From Ruditapes philippinarum (lineage: Eukaryota), in NCBI RefSeq assembly GCF_026571515.1, contig NW_026862141.1, positions 1 to 64,000 on the forward strand: DNA of 64,000 bases. The letters are read 5' to 3'. The position numbers were made by a program, and so were the translations under genes. The notes under the pieces are model-generated. The model was not told the origin of the DNA, searched no databases, and worked only from the letters and a program-made list of their open reading frames with translations. Below are positions 42,701 through 54,700 of this stretch, piece after piece. Within the stretch, counting starts at the first letter, position 1. Every line of letters begins with the position of its first letter.

Positions 42701-45700
42701 GTTGGTGATTAAATATTTCAATAGTATAAGTACATTATGTTCAATTTCATGGGGATTAAATGTTTCAATGGTATATGTACCTTATGTTCAATGTCATGGG
42801 GATTAAATGTTTCAATGGTATATGTACCTTATGTTCAATGTCATGGGGATTAAATGTTTCAATAGTATAAGTACCTTATGTTTAATGTCATGGGAATTGA
42901 ATATGTCAATGGTATAAGTAACTTATGTTCAATATCATGAGGATTAAATGTTTCAGTGGTATAAGTACCTTATGTTTAATGTCATGGGGATTAAATGTTT
43001 CAATGGTCATACATTATGTTTAATGTCATGGTTGGTGATTAAATATTTCAGTAAATATTATAAGTATAAGTACATTATGTTCAATTTCATGGGGATTAAA
43101 TGTTTCAATGGTATATGTACCTTATGTTCAATGTCATGGGGATTAAATGTTTCAATGGTATAAGTACCTTATGTTTAATGTCATGGGAATTGAATATGTC
43201 AATGGTATAAGTAACTTATGTTCAATATCATGAGGATTAAATGTTTCAGTGGTATAAGTACCTTATGTTTAATATCATGAGGATTAAATGTTTCAGTGGT
43301 ATAAGTACCTTATGTATAATGTCATGGGGATTAAATGTTTCAATGGTATAAGTAACTTATGTTCAATATCATGAGGATTAAATGTTTCAATGGTATAAGT
43401 ACCTTATGTTTAATGTCATGGGGATTAAATGTTTCAATGGTATAAGTAACTTATGTTCAATATCATGAGGATTAAATGTTTCAATGGTATAAGTACCTTA
43501 TGTTTAATGTCATGGGGATTAAATGTTTCAATGGTATAAGTAACTTATGTTCAATATCATGAGGATTAAATGTTTCAATGGTATAAGTACCTTATGTTTA
43601 ATGTCATGGGGATTAAATGTTTCAATGGTATAAGTAACTTATGTTCAATATCATGAGGATTAAATGTTTCAATGGTATAAGTACCTTATGTTTAATGTCA
43701 TGGGGATTAAATGTTTCAATGGTATATGTACCTTATGTTTAATGTCATGGGAATTGAATATGTCAATGGTATAAGTAACTTATGTTCAATATCATGAGGA
43801 TTAAATGTTTCAATGGTATAAGTAACTTATGTTCAATATCATGAGGATTAAATGTTTCAATGGTATAAGTACCTTATGTTTAATGTCATGGGGATTAAAT
43901 GTTTCAATGGTATATGTACCTTATGTTTAATGTCATGGGAATTGAATATGTCAATGGTATAAGTAACTTATGTTCAATATCATGAGGATTAAATGTTTCA
44001 ATGGTATAAGTAACTTATGTTCAATGTTATGAGAACTATATGTTTTAATGTCATGGGGATTAAATGTTTCAACGGTCATACATTATGTTCAATATCATGA
44101 GGATATTTCAATGTTTAAATGGTATAAGTACCTTATGTTTAATGTCATGGGGATTAAATGTTTCAATGGTATAAGAACCTTATGTTCAATGTTATGAGAA
44201 CTATATGTTTAAATATCATGGTGATTAAATGTTTCAATGCTCATACATTATGTTTAATGTCATGGGGATTAAATGTTTCAACGGTCATACATTATGTTTA
44301 ATGTCATGGGGATTAAATGTTTCAACGGTCATACATTATGTTCAATGTCATGGGGATTAAATGTTTCAACGGTCATACATTATGTTAAATGTCATGGGGA
44401 TTAAATGTTTCTTTGGTCATACATTATGTTCAATGTCATTGAGATTTAATGTTTCAATGCTCATACATTATGTTCAATATCATGGGGATATAATGTTTCA
44501 ATGGTATAAGTACCTTATGTTCAATATCATGGTGATTAAATGTTTCAATGGTCATACATTATGTTCAATGTCATGGTGTTTAAATGTTTCAATGGTAAAA
44601 GTACATTATGTTCAATGTCATGGGGAATAAATGTTTCAATGGCCATACATTATGTTTGCAATGTCATGGGGATTAAATGTTTCAATGGCCATACATTATG
44701 TTCGCAATGTCATGGGGATCAAATGTTTCAATGGTATAAGTACCTTACGTTTAATGTGATGAAGAATACATGTATTAATATAATAGGGTTTAAATGTTTC
44801 AATGTAAAAAAAAAAAAAAGAATTTCAAATTTTATGTTTTTAGGCATTTTGACTTCAGTGAATCTTCTTTAAAGTATCATTGTTTAAATGTATGGTAGTG
44901 ATTAAATCTTTAAATTTAATGCAATTTTCTCAGTTGTAGATTTTAAAGGTTGAATGTTTTTATACTGAATAAAATCCAGTGTAATGATGACAAAGTAATG
45001 GAGGTTTTGTGCCATTTAAAGTTCTAGTAAACAATGTGTAGAATTTCAATTAAACAGTAAACAATGCATATTCTTGAATTTCAGTATCAATGTGAATAAA
45101 ACATTTCCCTAGAAAATAAACATGGCCCCATTAGTTTCTTTTAATGTATATATTTCTGTAACTTAAACCCAATTTCTAGGAATATGTTAAATTTCCAGTT
45201 TGCATTAGACAACATTAAGTGCAAGTTGTAGTAATATAGTCTAATGGAGCTGCCCACACAATTCTGTAATTCTGTATGTAATAGATTGAGTGTTTTATAA
45301 ACATAACACACCTGAACTCTGTGCTGACAGGAGCAGTTTTAAAGTTGAAATTAGTAACACAATATTTATATCTGTTTTAGCTTGACTTTGTATAAGAAAA
45401 AAATATAAAAGACCCCTAGTAATATTTGGTTCCACTGACATCTTACATTGATTTGGTTTCATTATTATTCACATTTGTAGCATGCTGACATGTATATTAG
45501 CTTAGTGAATATGATATAAAAAAAATAATGTACCTAAATGAAAAATATATATATATAAAAATAATTTTACTGATATATTTATTCTCTTTGTTTACTATTT
45601 GTCACTTACTAATATAGTGAACCAACATTTTGTTCTATGTAGTGGCCATATTTCTGTTTCTTGTTTGATTTCATTACCAATTATATGTGAGATCTTCATC

Positions 45701-48700
45701 TATTTCAGGGACAATAAAAATTCTGATAGGATAACACTCAAGCTGGACATTTGTTTCTTAAACATCTGTTTCAGGTTCTATATAGTTTCTGACTCTATAT
45801 TAAATACCAGGGTTAAAAAAAAATTTCATGAACTTGTTTACAAAACTTGCAAAAATCATGCACCGTCATCAATAACATACAGTGTGTCAGTTTGTTTCAT
45901 CAAAATATTACAGAATTTATAATTTAATAGTTACTTTTTCAATGGTAGAAATTTTTGAGATTTTACTTGTAAAAGCATATCAGGTGTTCACTAGCAACAA
46001 GGTGTCAGACATCTTTATATTTCATCTGAACATCTGTTTCAGGTACTGAGTTTCTGATAGTGTTTGATTTGTTCAGGTATATGTTTTCTGTGTTACAACT
46101 GTATACATCTGGTTCGTGAACAATGTATTTGACAGGGTTATATTCCAGCTTTGTGACACAGATTCTCTGACAGTGCTGTAATTTGACTGTTAATGTCAGA
46201 GTAATATTTAAGCTGCACATCTGTTTCATGTACAAGGTATCTAATAGGATTATATTTAAGCTGCACCTCTGTTTCATGTACAAGGAATTTAACAAGGTTA
46301 TAATTTATGTTAGCTGTATATCTATTTCATGTACAATGTATCTAACAGGTTTTTTAAGCTGCACATCTGTTTCATGTACATTTAGGTTTCTGACAGTATT
46401 TTGTTTCAATTTCAGGTACAGGGTCTTTGACAGTGCTTCGGAGATCCAATTCAAAGAACAAAGTGGTGTCTGACAGCAGTAGTCGTACATCTAGCATCAC
46501 AAGTGTTGAGAGTGACTCATACGCTAGTGTTGACCTTGGCACTGACCGGCTTCCACCAGTTGATGTTCCGGAAGCTTCACATGTTTGCTCATTAAGGTTA
46601 CTGTTAAGTTAGAGTCTATGAAATAAATTTCATAAAAATAGAGAATATCCTGTGGTATAATCATTTCTGTTATAAAGGCTAATCAGTGACATTAAGTTTA
46701 GTGATCAGAAAACGTAATATGATGATGCCATCAAACTTAATGGATATATTAATTTTTTATTTTTATGAATATTATTCAAGACAATAAGCAGGATTAAAGA
46801 TATCTTTGTAAATTTGTAACTTGAATAAAAAGTGGACTTTACTGGTACAAATCACTCTGCCCTTGTTGCCACTGTGGGTGAAGAAGCTAGATATTTAGTT
46901 AGCTAAAAATATGGAAGATAGGTGGTTCTACTCAGGTGTGCTTTTTTTCCTGGAATTATGTGTGGTCTTCCACCAGGAAACCTAGAGTGTCATCTTGTAA
47001 TCTTTACAAAGTTGGTTTGATTAACAGAAAACTAAGTGCTCTGAAACGTTTAACATAACTTTGGTAGAATTTTCGAGATTTAAATTAAAAAGTAATTGAT
47101 GCATACAATTTAGATCAGACTTTATTGAGATTTAAGAAGATCAGAAAACTGGCAGTATTATTATCTAGACATAATTTGTATGTATTCAAAGTGATAAAAT
47201 TGTTTATGAGATTGATATATACATCTCCAACTTTATTCCAGATTAAAACATATTGTTCGAAAGCTTCAGAAAGAAGATGTTTCAAAAGAAGATTTACTGA
47301 AGAACCTTGAATATGCAGCACAAGTCTTAGAAACTGTTTATATTGATGAAACAAGGTATTTTATATACACATTAACTCTTGTGGTTTTTCTTTTTTAAAT
47401 CTTATTTATCTTTTAGAAGTAAGTATATAATTATATTTATTTTAGAAAATGTTAAGCATATTGGTTTAGAAGATAGGTATATTGATTATAGAAAATGTAT
47501 GTTTTTTATTTTATATAGCTTGATTGCAATTGCTTTAAGGTGCTAGTTTGAGGGAGTGAATTATAAGGGGTTTCTATTTGAATTGCTGAATTAAATGTGC
47601 TAGTTTGAGGGCATACAAGGGGTTTGTATTAAATGCTTTATAGCTTGAGGGGTTTGTGTTTGAAAGGATTGTGTTAAGGTGCTTACTTAAAGGACATATA
47701 AGGGGTTTTGTAAATGTATTGAAATCAAAGACATATCAAAATGCTAAATAGTTTAAGGGCACACGATATTGAAATCTGCTTAACTTTGTTGTGAATTTAT
47801 AGAATTCTTCTTATATGTCATTTGTTATAAATAATTATATTAAGGCTTCCGCCTTCAGATCAGGAGGTTGAAGGTTTGAGCCGGAGGGGAAGCGTTAATT
47901 GAAGGATGAATGTTTCTTGTGGGACTCGTTCCGAAATGGCCGCTTAGGTAGTTAAAATGAATGGTTACTGATTTCTATCTGCCGTGCGCCTGGCATAGTG
48001 ATAGGAGTTGGGAGGTACATGGTATGCAAGCAAAAGGTGTCTAATAAGTCAGAAATGGCTGGCCTTTTCAGTATGGGTGACACTATAATAAACAAGACCT
48101 TTTCTATATTTAATTAGAATTATTTGCTTCATTGGAGTAGGGGTTTGATGTGTTTGTCATCAGCAGATGTGTGTGTGTGTGCGTGTGTATTTTTTAATAG
48201 TTGAATTTTAAAGTAGACTGAATAACTAGAACAGGCATATGGTTTTATAACCTAGCAAGCAGTTCTAGTTTAATATAGCAATACACATACAGTTGTTGGA
48301 CTGCTGAGATTGAATATTTGGAATGCCTGATGATTTAGTTGATTGCAATATGTATAACTCTGTCTGCTGTCTCAAATGAGATTTGCTAGTTGTTAGTTTC
48401 TTTAGAAAGATTGGTCTGCTTGAAGCACTTAAGTTAGGCAATTGCTGTCAGTGATAGGTCAGTTTGAGCACTTATGTTAGGTAAATGCTGTCAGTAAATG
48501 TGATGCAGGCACTTATGTTAGGCAACACTCAAGTTAGGTAACTACATTGTATTGTCAGTAAATCAAAGCTTTTAAATAAGGTTACTACTGTCAATAAATT
48601 GAGACATTCATGTTAGGTAACTGCTGTCAATAAATGACCAAAAAATGTTGAAATTCCTGTATAGTGATAATCAACTTCAGTTACAATATGTTTGATCATA

Positions 48701-51700
48701 AAAAGAATGTGTTGTGAACATATTAAATTAATAGCTTAAGTTGAAACGATCTCTCGAATACTGTTGAAATTTTTTGTCAAAAACAAAATAGAATGTTTTT
48801 TCTCTGAGCTTAAGTTAATTTGAAAGCTTGAGATATGTGACAGCTTTAAGAAACATTTTAGCAAAGAATCAATAAAGCACAATCTTTCTTATTTGAGAGC
48901 TAAATCAATTGTATTAAGTGGTTATACTTTGTCTGTAATCTTTATTAATTGTATGTCAATATTTATTTAAGTTAAGTTACACATCTGTAGCAGGTTTCAT
49001 TGATTTATAATGTTTAATAATTGGAAGGGAAAGGCTATGTGCATCATTTCATTGATTGAGGTCCTCACTGACAGAAACTTGCATTAGTTGAATTGGGTTG
49101 TGCTGTCTCTCACTGTCCCAAACAAAAATAGATAATTAAGACAATCACTTTTGAAGTTTCAAACATTGATGGAATAGCCAATGTTTGCTCAATGACTCAT
49201 CATTATAGGATGTTGAGTACTATTCTTAATATTTATAGACATGATATTTTCATAATTACTAAAGAATTCAATATGCATCCCCCACAGAGTGATGGCCCTT
49301 GATTTGTATCAATTAATGATAACGTATCCTTTGTCAGCACATTTGTATGGCAAATTATAATCAAGGGCTTATATTGAAACTTACCAAAACTTTAGGACTA
49401 ACAGTAACATTGCATAGAGTAATTAAGGAGTGTTATTAGAGAGCAGAAATTGCATACCACTGATGTTAGGACCCTTTTTCATGTCCATAAATATATGACT
49501 GGAAGTTCTACATATATTTTATTATTATTATTATTATTTTGATGCAAAATAGTGTCTTTTGGTATATAATATACCAACAGACACTATTTTGCATCAAAGT
49601 AATATATAATAAAATAATCTGAATGAAACATGCCATAATATATTAATTAAAAGAAATTAATTGTTAAATGCATTTGTGCCCAGCATTGTAAATTATGCTG
49701 TATATTTGAAGTATCGTGGACTAACCAGTTCTCAAACCTCTAAGCATTCAATTAAGAGGTCTTTTAGTGTAAATGAAAATATATCTTTATAAAAATTCTT
49801 TACATATTTTACACTTTCATCTTTATGGAACATATCTGTAAAATTTGACTGAAATTCAACAATTAAAAAAGGTCTATTTCCATCTTGGAAAAGCACAACC
49901 CTCTGTTTTAAAACTGACATGGCCTCTTAAAATAAAGAACCTAATCTCAAACCCCTTCAAGTATCCCTAAAATTCTACTGTTTAGTTAAGTCAATGAAGT
50001 GATTGTTATATGACTATCACATAAAAATAAAGAACCCTACAGGATTCAGGTACCTGCTTTAAGATATTTTTGTCTCTTATATTCATTTTCACAAATAGTT
50101 AATGGTGTATTTACAGGACCTACAAATGTAATAGCTATTTGTATGAATAATTACACTAAGTAATAAAATATGTTATGTAAATATAGTATCCTATGCACTG
50201 TTTTCATTTGACATCAGCAGACATGTCTGTCAGAAACTAAGCTTTTATGCACACAAGTTCAGGACATCATAGTCACTTCTAGTAAAAAAATAACAGCACA
50301 TGAATGAAAGGTTTGAGAATAGGTTGGGTGTGAGATTAGGTACTTATACGATAATTCTTTAAATTTCTAAATTAATTTAATGTAAATATGAATCAACACT
50401 TTATTTGACATATAGTAAAATTCATAAATAAAAGTATTGCTTTTAAAATAATTTGATTAATTTAGTTGATGATTAAAGGAGAAAAGAAAAGTCATTTAAG
50501 CATAAACACATATTCAACTGGATTTTATCTTTGAATACCACATGTACATGATTATGACTTTCTTTGAGTGAAAGGAAATTTATTTCACAAATTGTAGAGA
50601 AAAGAAAACTATAAAACAATTCCTCCTTTTATGCATTTCTCCAATGCCAGGACACCTTTACATTTATTTAGTGTTGTTAAAATCCAATTAAGATTGATTG
50701 ACATGCTTCATGACATCACATCAGTGATGCAAGTTGATGATGTCATAGCTCATGCTTAAATTCTACAAAATAAAAAACAAAGATGGCTGACAGTGAAACA
50801 GAAGGCAATCCAGAAATAAGTTCAACTGCACTGGCTAAACTGTAGGTGAAGGAAATGATTTTCAATTCTACAGTTCTTATTGTTTTGCTTTAGTTTGTTG
50901 TATTGGTGTACAATAAAAATCTGCAGTGAATACTTTTTGTGCCAGATCTATTTATAGAATGACAACAACAACAACTTTAGAAACTTAAAATTCATTTAAA
51001 CATCTTTATCCTTTCACTTAACAAGGATTTTTGCTTAAAATGTTTTGTATGACAGGGTGAAGTGGTCAATTTTACTTTATATTGGGACTTTACAAATTAA
51101 ATTAAAATTGAAGTTTTCATTATCTATCAAGGCAAGACTCCAAGAGTCTTAAATATTTAGACTAGAGAAATGAGGGACAAGACACATGATATTTTTTTGT
51201 TAAAACATCAATTTGAAAAAATCTTAATATTTAATAAACTAATAAATTATATGACAGACTCCGATTAAAGGCCTCTTCCCAATAGAAATTTTCTTTAAAA
51301 TTGTGCAGTTTTCCCAAAAATCTGAATTTAAATCTGCTTTTTTACTTCCCAAATTAGCAATTTTAGCGATAATTTTTCCCTCAATCAAGAGGCTAAGGCC
51401 TCTTCCCAATTAAGTCAGAAAAATCCCTGCCTGATCAGTGATGACTCTTCCCTTTATTAAATGATAATGACATCAATTTTATTAATTTAAGAAATTTAAC
51501 ACTTATAATTAAAAGGTGCAGACACAATCATTTGTTTTCGATGAAAAACTGAATTTGAAATGCTGTAGCGTTGTGGTCAATTAGATGCTATATTGCACAA
51601 AAAAAAGTTTGTTTTTAAGTTAACTATTTATGTTATTTTAAACAGCACATAAAATATTATCTGTTTCCAAATTTTTGTGTTCTTTAATTTAGCTTTTTCA

Positions 51701-54700
51701 TGGTGGATCTTTGGTTCAATAAGATTGCCCCTCTGTTTTACTATTAAACTTTTGAATAACTTGCTCCACAATGCTGAGCTGGAACTTAGAATTTTCATTT
51801 GAGGTAAGCAAATGCAAGAAAAATGGTTCTATTCTGAGATGCCCATTTGTGCATGAAGTAATGAATGGAGGGGCATCTTAGGTATTTTTTCATGTAAGTA
51901 AAGATGTAAATTTTACAGTGATATAATCAATTTGAGTTAAATTTCACTTTGCCTGTTCATATTGAATTCTATTCTTACCACAAACAGAACGTTGTTTGCA
52001 TTGAAAAATACACATGTCAAGACACATTTTAAAGATAAACTATAATAGACATATCCTAACACTTCTTTGTCTGTGATAAAAGGATTATATGTACCGGTAT
52101 GCTTTTAAATTTGGACAGTTGATAAGGAAACACAATTTGCCATACTTCACAGAAATGTTTCCAAAGTGGACCTTTATCAGAAAATTCTTTAAAAAATTAG
52201 TGATTGTGCCAAAAGCAAGATACATTTGCTATAGCATGAATTGTCATATGTTCTCATAAATGGTTTCAGTATCAATTTCATGGAAAAATTACGCTATTGA
52301 CTGACCCTTGATTACTTCAAAAACTAAAAGGTTCAAAATGTTTCCTATAAATTGCTTTATCAAACACTAGCTAAACTACAAAGTATAGTGGGAGGTCATA
52401 AAAAGTAAAGAGAATATCCTCTTTTTCCTTGGAAATATGTCTACAATCAATACATATTAATAGGAAAATTACTCACACAAGCACTAAAGGGCCATCACAG
52501 CCCTCGTGTACAGAATCAGAATTGGAATTTATAATGATCAAAGTCTTATATAAAGATATATATAATATAGCTTGAAAGTTACATTTTTTGTGTGTTTGAA
52601 GTTACAGGTATACATACAGGCATGTACTCTTGTTATTTCTCGTTTAAGCAGTGAAGAAGTGTACAATTTCTTCTTTATTTCTCTGTGGTTTGCATTTCTT
52701 CTGTCATTCTTTCTTGTATGCATATTTCTTTTTTCATCTTTCTCTTCACCAAACAATAGATGCAGAGAGTGTTCGAGTGATGTAATATGCAAGTGTAAAC
52801 AAAAACTGAATGACGCCAGGTAAAAAAATAGCGCTCATTTTCTAGATCTGCATGATGCTACGACGGCTGTATTGAACGTTTTTAGCTGTATGCGTTTTGC
52901 TGCTTGTAGATATTAGAAAATCACTTTAACTTTGAGATAATACAAAATTAATCACCTAGATATAGCATGAGTTTTTGGTTTTTTCTACTTTCTTTTTTTT
53001 TAGAAAGGTTGAGATTTGAAATGTTTGATATTGATAAACTTGTGTCAAATTCTCACAATCTATTTGTATTGAGCATGTAGCCATGTACTGTGAATGACCA
53101 GGCGATTGCTATTATGTATATATCTCAACCTTTCTATGTAAGCTCAGCACTTTCAATTTCATATATTAGATAAAGCTACACTTGTAGTTTAGAAGTAGTT
53201 TGCCTCCAAATATATATAGGAAGTGAACATTTTGATACTTTATTAATATTGATATTTATATTAATATGCAGTATAAAACTGGCCATTCACATTGAACATA
53301 CACAGCACATTTGCAAGATGCATTAAAGTGATGTCACATACTCAGGTAACTTCCCTGTACTAGAAAGACGCATGTAGATAAATGACCCTTTTGTTTATTA
53401 TTTAAATTATACTACTAACTAGTTATATATTGAGGCAGTTTTTGTATCAAATAGTCATGTCACGTGACTTTGGACTATGTATAATCTTACCTGCGTTCCA
53501 TTTGCCAAATTAAAAAAAATATATATATATAAGCTAAAATTAGTGTTGGGTATCGGACTCAAAAGTCACTATCGATAATCGGACCACCACAATCGATTGT
53601 CTGCCGATAGTATAATCGAGTTTCGCATTTTTTAAGGCCCTGTTTTCTTAAGGTACCAATCCTTTTATGTATTTTTTTATACAGTAGTGACCACATTTTT
53701 AGAACAAATAAACTTTTGTCTCCAAGATTAAAGTAAGATTTACTCTTTGAATCCAATACAAACAACACAAATACCTTATACAACTTTGTGACAGGCAATT
53801 TTTGTATTATACAACTTTATCGATTTTTAAAAAGGACTATCGATTGTCGCCGATTTTGGGGTGGTCCGATTAGTTATCGATTTTCAGAGACAATCGGGAC
53901 AACACTAGCTAAAATAGCTTTATTTAACTCTAAATTTGAGTTTAAGGCCTGTTAAAAGACATATGTAATGTGGAATTGGCCCATTTAGAGGATAGCAGAG
54001 CCTGTTGTTACTTTAACTTAAAGGATAATTTTAAAAGTACTTGCTATTGTTACTTTAAAGTATTTCTTATAATGTTGAGATACTTAATTTGAACCTCCAT
54101 TTTAGGTTTGATCAGTCCGGATGGATGTGCAGATAGGCTGTGTTACACTAACAGTAACATATCAGCATATCATTATCATATGAAAATACCCCCATGTTAT
54201 TCATAAATTAGATTTTTTGATTTTTGCTAACAAAAATTTGTAGTTTGAAACAACTTACAAAATAATGTTACATTAATGATTATTAACATAGTTTACTGTA
54301 TGTTAACTGTCTTTCAGTCTTGTACGTTTTTGCCATATTAAACCCTATAATTACAAAACTAAAATTTATCTGTTTAGTGTTACTTGCAGACGTAATAGTT
54401 GATTGGATAGGAACAAATAAATGCATTGCTCAGATTGTCAAGATCAGTGTAACATTTGGTTGAAGGTTTGGCATGCAATTTCATATCTCCTGGAGGAATT
54501 CTCCTGCAAATTCTTATTAATTCTAGGTCTTACATCAAGATGCATAAATGTAGCAAAAAATATTTACTTGTTTATGCCCCTTCAATGTGAATGTTTAGAA
54601 TTTTGCGTGCAAAACATGTATTCATTGTAGGTCAGTGACCAATATTATACATGTATATATAACTAGTATTGATTCTTAATGAATTATTCCACTTGTCAGA

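Noticed and set aside
190-44810. CRISPR-like arrays
   Set aside because: Units are contiguous with no unique spacers, no cas genes are present, and the context is a spliceosomal gene.
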